From the NCBI GenBank assembly GCA_017463445.1, contig JAFTPF010000011.1, positions 33,087 through 97,086 of the forward strand: a stretch of 64,000 nucleotides of DNA, given 5' to 3'. Source of the stretch: Clostridia bacterium (lineage in GTDB: Bacteria > Bacillota > Clostridia > Oscillospirales > CAG-272). Of the stretch, positions 37,236-46,063 are shown one piece after another. How positions within the stretch are numbered: the first letter of the stretch is position 1; each line of letters opens with the position of its first letter. The notes beneath the pieces are model-generated. The model saw only the letters and a list, made by a program, of their open reading frames with translations, did no database searches and was not told where the DNA came from. The translations under genes and the position numbers were made by a program.

Positions 37236-39635
37236 TTATGCCGCCTCCACCTTCGTGACCAGTACGGTGATGTCATCGCCCCTTCCCTTTTCGGCGATGG
37301 TTCGGGAGTGAATGGCTCCTGCGATTTCCTGCACGCTCTTTCCTGAGAGCGAAGCGAACACCTCGGGCAGCCAGAGCGCTTCTTCTAAGGTTCCCGCCAC
37401 GCCGTCCGACACCTGCAGGATCACGTCGCCCTCCTGCAGAACCATGTTCACCTGCTGGGCGTTGATCTCTCGGGTAAGTCCCAGCGGCATACTGTGAACG
37501 TCGATCTTATAGATGTTTCCTTGCCGCAAGACATAGGAGGGGCAGGCACCGCATTTGACGAAGGCGGCGCCGCCGGTGTAGAGATCCACTTCCAAGAGAT
37601 CCACAGTGCAATGGCATTCCTCAGCACGCCCGCGAATGAAGTTAGAGAGGAGCTTCAGCGTCACCGATTTGTGATTGCCTCCCGAAAGGAGCTTTTCCAG
37701 AAAGAGTGCAGACACCCCCGCCGCGGAAGCGGCGGCTCTGCCGCTTCCCATTCCGTCGCAGACCAGGGCGTAGCCCTGCCCTGCTTCCGACGTAAACGAC
37801 CGCGCCGTGTCTCCGCTGACCGGCTCGTGCTCCTTGACGCTGCAGGCGCGCGCCGTAGTGAGTCTAAAGCGTTGGCGGCTTTCAAACTGCATAGACACGC
37901 TCTCGCCCACGAATTTGAACGACGGTTCGGTGAGCGCAAGTCCAGTCTTCTCCTCCAGCTTATGCCGAAGAGCCCGTCCGCCGCCGGGGATGGTGGATAG
38001 CGTCACTCCCGAGGCAATCAGCAGTTTTTTGCGCGTTCCCCATGCGCCGCATCCCACCGTCTGGATCCCTTCTCCGCGGATCACGGTCGCAAAGGTCTTC
38101 CGAAGCTCCTCGTCGGGTGTCAGACTGCCGTCATCCACCGCCGACTCGCGGAGCAGCTCGGCAAGTGCCTGATAGTCCAGCGCAAACAGCTCAGAGCGAT
38201 CCCGCAGAACTACATTCTCCACGTGCTCCGCCACTCGCACGCCGATCTCGGCAAGGATCTCGTCGATCTTACGGCATCGCTCGGTAAAATAGGGTGGTAA
38301 AGCGTTCCGCCGAGGCATTCCGCATCGCGGGATTTCCTCCGCCAGCTTGCAGAGCGCGTCTCGGGTAGACTCATACTCATCCTGCCAGCACCGCTCGCTT
38401 CGCACGCACTTTTTGCAATAGCGGCGAAAGACGCCCTCGCACAGCTCAAGCATCTCCCCTGTTTCGGGACGGGCCAGATCCTGCGAAAACTTCAGCAACA
38501 TCTTGGATAGATCGTCAAAGGAGGCAGAGAGCCGCCGAAGTCTGACCGCATCAGCCGCCCGTCGATCAGCCTCACAAGTGGGTTCTTCCGTCTCGGCGGC
38601 GGGAAACAGCGAGAGCTTTCCCAAAAGCCCCGACCGCGCAAGAGGAAGAAAGAGGAGGACGCCAAATAACAGGTTTCCCAGCACCGGCAGTGCGCCCCAG
38701 ATGCCGTCCTGCCACACGGATAGCCCGCCTGTCACCGCGAAAAAGCAAAAGACCGCGCTTCCTGCGCCAAACATCCGCAAAGAACCCGCCACCAGTCCGC
38801 CTGCCGCCAGCAAGAGCGGAGACGTTCCGCAGGCCACCCCGCAGATAAGACCCACCAATCCGCCCCGAAGTAATCCGCCCTTCAGCGCCGATTGCATCGT
38901 GGCAAGGCAAGCAGCGATCAGAGCTGGAGAAAGACCGAAGAGGCTGTGTCCCGCCAGCGCGTAAATGCCGCAAAAGAGCAGAACACAGGCACCCACTTCC
39001 CGGAGCGAGATCGGTTTATCTTTTTGCAGACCCAGCCAAAACAGTGCTGTGAGTAGCGGTGCCGCAGCCAGTCCGAAGAGCAGCGCCATCACGCCCCGAA
39101 AGTGAAATTCGTAGACCACCACATTATACACGCCCGCCAAAAAGGCGGCAAAGACCGCCACCGCCGCTCGCAGATGCAGCGGCTCTCCGAACAGCGGAAG
39201 AGGCTCATCCTCCTCGCCCGCTACCCGCGCTGAGAAAAGAAGCCGCGCGCCCAGCACCATCCCCAGGATCACAGCCTGTGCAAGTCCGCCCTGACCGCTG
39301 GCCAGCGCGCCTGCCACCGCCCCCGCAAAGACCGCCACCGCACCACTTCTTCCCGATGCTAACAGCATCGCAATCCCGAACGGGCGCGATGAGAACAGCG
39401 CAGTCGTTCCCTGAAAAATAAATCCCGTCACGCACCAGAGTGCCGTGATCCCTGCCCGTCGCCTCAGTCTGGCGGCATCCTCCTCATCCAGCAGCTCGGC
39501 AGGTCTGCCCATCAGCGCCCCTACCGTTTTGTCAGCTTTTTGCTGTAATGTTTCCAATTTTTCCTTTGCTTTTGCACGAAGATCCATTTTTCTGCTCCTT
39601 CCTTTTGGCAAATGCTTGTCCGCTTTCGTTTTCAT
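37236..39635 (-). CDS. spoIIE: stage II sporulation protein E (PP2C phosphatase with polytopic N-terminal domain)
   Basis: About 10 TM segments, a central regulatory region and a C-terminal PP2C domain (VCDGMGSGRAA...DDITVLV). The start is uncertain, with an alternative ATG 17 codons downstream. Confidence 0.85.
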   Translation of the reverse strand: MKTKADKHLPKGRSRKMDLRAKAKEKLETLQQKADKTVGALMGRPAELLDEEDAARLRRRAGITALWCVTGFIFQGTTALFSSRPFGIAMLLASGRSGAVAVFAGAVAGALASGQGGLAQAVILGMVLGARLLFSARVAGEEDEPLPLFGEPLHLRAAVAVFAAFLAGVYNVVVYEFHFRGVMALLFGLAAAPLLTALFWLGLQKDKPISLREVGACVLLFCGIYALAGHSLFGLSPALIAACLATMQSALKGGLLRGGLVGLICGVACGTSPLLLAAGGLVAGSLRMFGAGSAVFCFFAVTGGLSVWQDGIWGALPVLGNLLFGVLLFLPLARSGLLGKLSLFPAAETEEPTCEADRRAADAVRLRRLSASFDDLSKMLLKFSQDLARPETGEMLELCEGVFRRYCKKCVRSERCWQDEYESTRDALCKLAEEIPRCGMPRRNALPPYFTERCRKIDEILAEIGVRVAEHVENVVLRDRSELFALDYQALAELLRESAVDDGSLTPDEELRKTFATVIRGEGIQTVGCGAWGTRKKLLIASGVTLSTIPGGGRALRHKLEEKTGLALTEPSFKFVGESVSMQFESRQRFRLTTARACSVKEHEPVSGDTARSFTSEAGQGYALVCDGMGSGRAAASAAGVSALFLEKLLSGGNHKSVTLKLLSNFIRGRAEECHCTVDLLEVDLYTGGAAFVKCGACPSYVLRQGNIYKIDVHSMPLGLTREINAQQVNMVLQEGDVILQVSDGVAGTLEEALWLPEVFASLSGKSVQEIAGAIHSRTIAEKGRGDDITVLVTKVEAA

Positions 39636-39846
39636 CCTTTATTATAGGCATACACGGTGCAAAACCAAGTCGAAGGACGCAGTCGAATGAATACTATTTT
39701 TGTTGCGACAGATCAGTTTTCACGAATACAGGTCGCCAAAAGACGATTGAAGACGCAATTTGCGAGCGTTTTCAAAAAAAAGGATCGCCCCACATCCGTG
39801 TGTGCACACAGATATGGAGCGGTCCCGCGGACGGATGCCCGAGTGC

Positions 39847-40086
39847 TTATTCAGCGATCTCTTCTGCTACTTCAACCTCTGCAACGTCGCACTCGCAAGC
39901 GCAGTCGCAAGCCTCAGCAGCTTCCTTGGCAGCCTTCTTTGCGGCCTTCTTGGCAGCTCTCTTCTCTTTTACGTCACGAACCTTTGCGGAGATCTTTTCC
40001 TTATTCTTGGTAAGAAGGATGATCAGAGCGATAATTGCGGCCAGAGAAACGACCAAAACGGCGATTTTCAGAATCAGCTTTCCCAT
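39847..40086 (-). CDS. small membrane-anchored protein with Lys/Ala-rich helix and acidic CxCxCxC tail
   Basis: 79 aa. It has an N-terminal TM (ILKIAVLVVSLAAIIALIILL), then KKAAKKAAKEAAEACDCACECDVAEVEVAEE. It has its own TTGACT-17-TACAAT promoter and a GGAG RBS. Confidence 0.55.
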   Translation of the reverse strand: MGKLILKIAVLVVSLAAIIALIILLTKNKEKISAKVRDVKEKRAAKKAAKKAAKEAAEACDCACECDVAEVEVAEEIAE

Positions 40087-40118
40087 GTGAATTCTCCTTT
40101 GAATAATGTAGTACTATT

Positions 40119-40147
40119 ATTGTACCGAATAAATAAAAAAAAGTCAA
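40119..40147 (-). promoter_or_regulatory. sigma-A type promoter of the 79-aa gene
   Basis: The minus strand reads TTGACT, 17 nt, TACAAT. Confidence 0.5.
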
Positions 40148-40165
40148 TATATTTTCATAAAAAAC

Positions 40166-40194
40166 TTGCAAAATTCGACCGAATGTATTATAAT
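40166..40194 (+). promoter_or_regulatory. sigma-A type promoter of the SGNH hydrolase gene
   Basis: TTGCAA, 17 nt, TATAAT. Confidence 0.5.
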
Positions 40195-40226
40195 ATTTTC
40201 AAATCTGAGCAAAGGAACCGTAAACT

Positions 40227-40886
40227 ATGAATCTGAACGGACTGAAGATCAATTTTTTAGGCGACAGCATCACCGAAGGTGTGGGCGTCTCCTGCACTGA
40301 GAATATCTACCTGAACCTACTGGCGGCAGAATACGGCTTTACCGCTCGCAACTACGGCGTCAGCGGATCCCGTATCGCCAATCAGTTAAATCCCGGCAAC
40401 CCGGACGATCGGATGGAGCGCTGCTTCGTCAAGCGCATCGCCGATATGGATCCCGATGCCGACGCCGTTGTGGTCTTCGGCGGCACCAACGATTTCGGTC
40501 ACGGCGACGCGCCCTTGGGCACCCCCGCCGACCGCACCGTCAACACCTATTACGGTGCCTGCCACTGCCTCTGCAGCGGACTTATTGAAAAATTCCCCAC
40601 CGCCGAGATCGTTATCATGACCCCCCTTCACCGCACCAATGAGATGAATCCCCGCGGCGACGGCTGGAAGTCGGCGGATTACGCTGTTTTGTCTACTTAT
40701 ATAGACATTCTGAAGGAGGTTGCCGCCGAATATTCCTTGCCCGTACTGGATCTTTGGAGCGTATCGGGCATCCAGCCCCGTATCGAAGCCCACCGCGCCG
40801 CCTATATGCCCGACGGACTGCACCCCTGCGACGCGGGGCACCGCCGCATTGCCGACCGTTTGGCAAGATTTTTGAAGAGCTTGTGA
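40227..40886 (+). CDS. SGNH/GDSL hydrolase family protein
   Basis: Block I is FLGDSITEG. The C-terminal DGLHP block (the DxxH region) is also present. Confidence 0.8.
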   Translation: MNLNGLKINFLGDSITEGVGVSCTENIYLNLLAAEYGFTARNYGVSGSRIANQLNPGNPDDRMERCFVKRIADMDPDADAVVVFGGTNDFGHGDAPLGTPADRTVNTYYGACHCLCSGLIEKFPTAEIVIMTPLHRTNEMNPRGDGWKSADYAVLSTYIDILKEVAAEYSLPVLDLWSVSGIQPRIEAHRAAYMPDGLHPCDAGHRRIADRLARFLKSL

Positions 40887-40904
40887 GCTGTAACTGAATA
40901 ACCG

Positions 40905-40946
40905 CACCGCCCCACCTGCATATACTGCAGGTAGGGCGGTCTTTTT
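40905..40946 (+). terminator. rho-independent terminator
   Basis: ACCGCCCCACCTGCA...TGCAGGTAGGGCGGT stem followed by CTTTTTT. Confidence 0.7.
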
Positions 40947-40998
40947 TGCGCCCAATCACCCGGCGCTCGTTGCCTGACGAGCGCAGAATGGAGTTATT

Positions 40999-42849
40999 AT
41001 GTGCTCAATTGCCGCAATCTACCGCCCGCTGCCCAAACAAGGCGGCCTGCTCTCCGCCGCTTGCGACGATGCCACCGCCATCGCCCAAATGAACCGCTCA
41101 CTGGCTCATCGGGGTCCCGATGACAGCGGGATCTTTCAAGACGAGACGGTCTGCCTCGCTCACAACCGTCTGTCTGTAATGGATCCCTCCCGAGGCAAGC
41201 AACCGATGTCTGCCGTCTATTTCGGTAGACAATATACGATCATATACAACGGTGAAATCTACAACACCGATGAATTAAAGCGCGAACTCACCGCGCGCGG
41301 TGCGATATTTACAACAGAATGCGATACCGAGGCAGTACTTTGGTCTTATATCCTCTACGGCAAAGACTGTCCCGCACGGCTCAACGGCATTTTTGCCTTT
41401 CTGATTTACGATCACACCGAGCGGACGCTGTTTGCCGCCCGAGATCGGTTGGGAGTAAAGCCGTTGTATTACGCCCGCACCAAGGACGAATGGTATTTTG
41501 CCTCCGAGCCTAAAGCATTGCTGGCTCACCCGAGGGTCCGTCCCACGGTGAATCGGGAAGGTCTATGGGAGCTGTTGTTTCTATCGCCGGTCACCACAGA
41601 GAAATCGGCTATTTTCCGCAACATCCATCAACTGCACGCAGGCGAATGGATGTTGCTGTCGCCTGATGGGAGCGAGGCGGTAAAATACTGGGAATTGAAT
41701 GCTTCCGTCTGCACAGACAGTCTGTCAGAGGCGGTAGCGCACACCCGTTGGCTACTGGACGATGCCGTCCGCCGCCAGCTTCGCAGTGATGTTCCGCTTT
41801 GCACTTTTCTGTCGGGAGGACTTGACTCGTCGGTATTGACGGCGATTGCCGCCCGATCACTGGCAAAAGAGGGGAAGCAACTCTCCACTTACTCCTTCGA
41901 ATACGAAGGAAATCGGGAAAACTTTCAAGCAAGTCTGTTCCAGCCCCAAGGCGATGATCTCTACGCACGCCGTCTGGCGAAGGATCTGGGAACCGATCAC
42001 ACCGTTCTGACCATCCCCACCAAGACCGTTGCCGATCTGCTGGACGAAGCGGCGATCTATCGGGATCTGCCCGGGCAGGCGGACATCGATTCCTCGCTGC
42101 TCTGGTACTGCCGGCAGGTGAAAAAGCGTCATACCGTGGCTATTTCGGGAGAGTGCTCTGACGAGATCTTCGGCGGATACCCCTGGTTTTACAGACCCGA
42201 GATGCTTTCACGCGACTTTTTCCCGTGGCTTCACGATCCCTACGCCCGCATAAAGCTGTTCCGAGCAGATATTGTACGTCCTGCCGAAGGATTCGCGCAC
42301 CTGTCGAAGCATTACCAAGACTTTCTCGCCGCCTGCCCCACCTTGGAAGGAGAATCCGATGCAGACCGCCGCGCTCGCATTGCCACCTGTCTTTCAGTGC
42401 GCTACTTTATGCAAAATCTCCTTGCCCGCAAGGACCGAATGAGTATGGCAACCGCGCTGGAGGTGCGCGTCCCCTTTGCGGATCATCGCATCCTCGAATA
42501 CCTTTATAATCTTCCGTGGCAATATAAATTCCGTGATGGTGTAGAAAAGTCCTTGCTTCGGGATGCGGCGGCAGGACTTTTGCCTGATTATATCCTTCAT
42601 CGTAAGAAATCGCCATATCCTAAGACTCACAATCCCGCCTACGAACATCATATCCACGCAAGACTCACAGAAAAGCTGAAGGAAGATTCGCTCTTCACCG
42701 CGCTTCTGGACTGTTCAGCGGTAGAAGCGTTTATTAACGGGGAAAATACCACTTGGTTCGGTCAGCTGATGGCGCGTCCGCAGATGATCGCCTGGCTCCT
42801 ACAGCTATCGGCGTGGCTGGAGCATTATCCGGTAGAGCTGTCGTTATAA
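40999..42849 (+). CDS. asnB: asparagine synthase (glutamine-hydrolysing)
   Basis: MC at the N-terminus gives the Ntn Cys nucleophile. The PP-loop is FLSGGLDSS. The protein is 616 aa. Confidence 0.88.
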   Translation: MCSIAAIYRPLPKQGGLLSAACDDATAIAQMNRSLAHRGPDDSGIFQDETVCLAHNRLSVMDPSRGKQPMSAVYFGRQYTIIYNGEIYNTDELKRELTARGAIFTTECDTEAVLWSYILYGKDCPARLNGIFAFLIYDHTERTLFAARDRLGVKPLYYARTKDEWYFASEPKALLAHPRVRPTVNREGLWELLFLSPVTTEKSAIFRNIHQLHAGEWMLLSPDGSEAVKYWELNASVCTDSLSEAVAHTRWLLDDAVRRQLRSDVPLCTFLSGGLDSSVLTAIAARSLAKEGKQLSTYSFEYEGNRENFQASLFQPQGDDLYARRLAKDLGTDHTVLTIPTKTVADLLDEAAIYRDLPGQADIDSSLLWYCRQVKKRHTVAISGECSDEIFGGYPWFYRPEMLSRDFFPWLHDPYARIKLFRADIVRPAEGFAHLSKHYQDFLAACPTLEGESDADRRARIATCLSVRYFMQNLLARKDRMSMATALEVRVPFADHRILEYLYNLPWQYKFRDGVEKSLLRDAAAGLLPDYILHRKKSPYPKTHNPAYEHHIHARLTEKLKEDSLFTALLDCSAVEAFINGENTTWFGQLMARPQMIAWLLQLSAWLEHYPVELSL

Positions 42850-42858
42850 ATAAAAGTA

Positions 42859-43053
42859 GGGGAACTTTTTGAAAAAAGTTCCCGAGAGTTCGCCCATATG
42901 GGCGAACTCTGAACCCCTTCAAAAACTTCCTGATAGCGCGGCAAATACTTGCCCACGCCATTATTTTCTTGTCTCGCAAGCATTTGCGAAACATTTATAA
43001 AAGTTTTTGGAGGGAGTCAAAAGGGGAACCTTCTTTCAAGAAGGTTCCCCCTT
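42859..43053. repeat. back-to-back pair of mosaic elements sharing a central P3 hairpin
   Basis: The order is P2 (42859-42883), hairpin AGAGTTCGCCCATATGGGCGAACTCT (42885-42910), inverted linker, P3-like (42936-42958), forward linker TTTATAAAAGTTTTTGGAGG, then P2 (43021-43053). Confidence 0.8.
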
Positions 43054-43057
43054 AAAA

Positions 43058-44338
43058 TCACTTCTTAATCACATCTACACCGAGGTACTTCTGCAATACT
43101 TCGGGGACGTTGACCGATCCGTCGGCGTTCTGATTCTGTTCCACCAAAGCGGGCAGGATACGGGAGGTCGCCAGACCTGAGCCGTTGAGGGTGTGCAGGT
43201 ACTGGATAGAACCGTCGGCGCGTCTAACGCGCATCATACCACGTCTTGCCTGGTAATCGCGGGCGTTGGACACAGAGGAGACCTCCTTGTAACCGTTCAT
43301 TGAGGGGATGTTGATCTCGATGTCGTAGGTTCTTGCCATAGACGCCGAGCAATCCTCAGCCGCCAGCTTGACGGTACGGAAGTGGAAGCCCAGACCCTTC
43401 ACCAAGTTCTCCGCCTTAGTAACCAGCTCGTCAAATGCCTCGTCCGACTTCTCGGGAAGGGTGAACTGGAACATTTCCACCTTGTTGAACTGATGTCCGC
43501 GCACCATTCCGCGCTCATCGGAGCGGTAGGAGCCAGCTTCGCGGCGGAAGCAGGGGGTATAGGAGACCAATTTCTTCGGCAGATCCGCCTCAGTAAGGAT
43601 CTCGCCCCGGTAGAGCGATGCCAAAGCTGCCTCTGCGGTGGGAAGCATATAGTGCATCCGGTTGTCGGTGGGGTTTTCGATCTTGTAGACCTCGTCTGCG
43701 AACTTGGGGAACTGCCCTGCGGTCAGACCGCACTCGTATTCCAGCATATGGGGAGGGAGGATCAGCTCGTAGCCATCGGCAAGGTGGGTGTCAATGAAGT
43801 AGTTCAACAGAGCCCATTCCAGGCGGGCGCCCATACCGCGATAGATCCAGAAACCGGAGCCCGCCAGCTTAGTGCCGCGCTCGTAGTCGATCAGTCCCAG
43901 TCCGTTGCAGAGATCAACGTGATTTTTAGGCTCAAAATCGAACTGTTTGGGCTCTCCGTAGTAGCGAAGAGGCTCATTGTTCTCCTTGCCGCCTGCCAGA
44001 AGATCGTCGTCGGGGAGATTGGGAAGCCCCAGCATCACGCCGGTAAGCTGTGTTTCCACTTCCTTCAGCTTGGCATCATTCTCATCGATGGACACGGAAA
44101 TCTCCTTCATTCTAGCGAAAATTTCGGTGGTATCCTTTTTTTCCTTCTTTAACATGGGGATTTGCTTGGAAACCTTGTTCTTTTCCGCTTTCATTGCCTC
44201 GGTTGTGGAGATCAGCAGTCTGCGCTCGGCGTCCAGCTTCAGGATCAGCTCAATGTCCTCGCGGGCGTCCTTTCCTTTCTTAGCAAGGCGGGCAACCACT
44301 TCATCGGGCTTTTCAATAATGTATTTGATGTCTAACAT
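43058..44338 (-). CDS. serS: serine--tRNA ligase
   Basis: 426 aa with an N-terminal coiled-coil arm and class II motifs (FRREAGS, GSGLA). Confidence 0.95.
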   Translation of the reverse strand: MLDIKYIIEKPDEVVARLAKKGKDAREDIELILKLDAERRLLISTTEAMKAEKNKVSKQIPMLKKEKKDTTEIFARMKEISVSIDENDAKLKEVETQLTGVMLGLPNLPDDDLLAGGKENNEPLRYYGEPKQFDFEPKNHVDLCNGLGLIDYERGTKLAGSGFWIYRGMGARLEWALLNYFIDTHLADGYELILPPHMLEYECGLTAGQFPKFADEVYKIENPTDNRMHYMLPTAEAALASLYRGEILTEADLPKKLVSYTPCFRREAGSYRSDERGMVRGHQFNKVEMFQFTLPEKSDEAFDELVTKAENLVKGLGFHFRTVKLAAEDCSASMARTYDIEINIPSMNGYKEVSSVSNARDYQARRGMMRVRRADGSIQYLHTLNGSGLATSRILPALVEQNQNADGSVNVPEVLQKYLGVDVIKK

Positions 44339-44348
44339 GATATTTTCC

Positions 44349-45227
44349 TCAGTCTTTCATAATTTCTTCGCCGCAGAGCAGGTAGAGCAGCTTCTGCAGA
44401 TCATCGTTGTCGCTGTATTCCAGCTCCAGACGTTTTACCCGTGCGCCTTCCACGATCTTGACCTTTCTGCCAAGCAGTCCGCGCACCTTTTTCTCCAGTT
44501 CGGCGGTATAATTCACTGTTGTTTCGGATTTTGCCACCGCATCTGCCGCTTTTTCTGCGCGTGCATTCATCCGACGTACCAATTCCTCGGTTGCGCGAAC
44601 AGAATAGCCCTTATCAACCACCGTTGCGGCGCCAACTTCGATGTCAGATCGATACTTCAATCCCAGCAGCGCGCGCGCATGACCCGCAGACAGCAGGTTG
44701 TCCGAGACCATTTTCAGTACCGATTCGGGCAGATCCAAGAGACGCAGGGAGTTGGTGATAGTGCTGCGCGATTTTCCTACCCGCGCGGCTACCGTCTCCT
44801 GAGTCAGATCATACTCCTCCAGAAGCGCTTTGTAGGCCAAGGATTCCTCAACCGCGTTGAGATTTTCTCGCTGAATGTTCTCGATCAGCGATAATTCGTC
44901 GGTTTTTTGATCGTCCGCTTCGATCACTACAACAGGGACCTCTGTCAACCCTGCCATTTTGGACGCACGCCAGCGTCGCTCGCCCGCTACGATCTCGTAA
45001 AGATCGCCCATCCCCCGACGAACAATGATCGGTTGGATCAGCCCATGGGTAGCGATCGAATCCGCAAGCTGCGACAGCGCCTCGCCGTCAAACGCCTTGC
45101 GTGGCTGTCCCGCGCGGGGTTGCAGCGCCGAAATGCGCAATTTGTGGACATCTGCCGTGTTTTCCGTCTCGGCATCATCGTAAAATATTGAACTGAGACC
45201 TCTGCCCAGTCCGCCTTGTTTTGCCAT
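44349..45227 (-). CDS. spo0J: chromosome partitioning protein ParB/Spo0J
   Basis: GLGRGLSSIF, GLIQPIIV, AGERRWRA and an HTH segment are present. Confidence 0.92.
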   Translation of the reverse strand: MAKQGGLGRGLSSIFYDDAETENTADVHKLRISALQPRAGQPRKAFDGEALSQLADSIATHGLIQPIIVRRGMGDLYEIVAGERRWRASKMAGLTEVPVVVIEADDQKTDELSLIENIQRENLNAVEESLAYKALLEEYDLTQETVAARVGKSRSTITNSLRLLDLPESVLKMVSDNLLSAGHARALLGLKYRSDIEVGAATVVDKGYSVRATEELVRRMNARAEKAADAVAKSETTVNYTAELEKKVRGLLGRKVKIVEGARVKRLELEYSDNDDLQKLLYLLCGEEIMKD

Positions 45228-45246
45228 ATGTATTCAGACCTCCTGT

Positions 45247-46008
45247 TCAGATCCGTCCAAGCAGTTCCTCTGCCACTTTCGTGTAAGCTGCTGCACCTTT
45301 GGACGATTTATCATAATATATGATCGGCATACCATAGCTCGGCGCCTCACTCAGACGCACGTTTCTCACGATCGTGGTCTCAAACAGCTTGTCTTTATAG
45401 AATTTTTCCAACTCCGCACGCACCTGCATCGTTAAATTGAGACGCTTATCGTACATCGTCATCAGAATTCCGACCACCTCGAGCCCAGGATTGTACCGCT
45501 TTTTTACCTGCCGCACGGTCAGCATCAACTGCGAAAGACCCTCCAGCGCATAATATTCGCAAACCATCGGAATCACTACGCCGTCAGCGGCAGTCAGTGC
45601 GCTAACCGTCAGTATGCCCAGCGACGGAGGACAATCGATCATAATATAATCAAATTGGTCTTTGATCTGCGACAGTCGCTTTGTCAGTACAAATTCACGC
45701 TTTTCAACCGAAACCAGCTCGTATTCGGCACCTGCAAGACCGATATTAGTCGGCATCACCCACAAGTTCTCAAAAGCGGTTTGGATTACCGCATCCGACG
45801 CCTCGGTGTTTCCGATTAATACGTCATATGTAGTCTTTTGACCGCCTTTTTTGGATATTCCAACGCCGCTCGTTGCATTTCCCTGAGGGTCAAGATCGCA
45901 AAGCAGCACTCTTTTGCCGCTTTTTGCGACCGCCGCCGCCAGATTTACAGCAGACGTCGTCTTCCCAATACCGCCTTTTTGATTAGAAAACGCGATAATC
46001 TTACCCAT
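45247..46008 (-). CDS. soj: ParA/Soj chromosome partitioning ATPase
   Basis: The deviant Walker A is NQKGGIGKTT. The protein is 253 aa. Confidence 0.93.
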   Translation of the reverse strand: MGKIIAFSNQKGGIGKTTSAVNLAAAVAKSGKRVLLCDLDPQGNATSGVGISKKGGQKTTYDVLIGNTEASDAVIQTAFENLWVMPTNIGLAGAEYELVSVEKREFVLTKRLSQIKDQFDYIMIDCPPSLGILTVSALTAADGVVIPMVCEYYALEGLSQLMLTVRQVKKRYNPGLEVVGILMTMYDKRLNLTMQVRAELEKFYKDKLFETTIVRNVRLSEAPSYGMPIIYYDKSSKGAAAYTKVAEELLGRI

Positions 46009-46063
46009 AGTATGCTCCTTTCAAAACCCGCGGACTCCGCGGCAAGCCATATGTGCTATTATA

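Noticed and set aside
44339-44348. T-box leader upstream of serS.
   Set aside because: Only 10 nt separate serS from the spo0J stop codon, so no leader exists.
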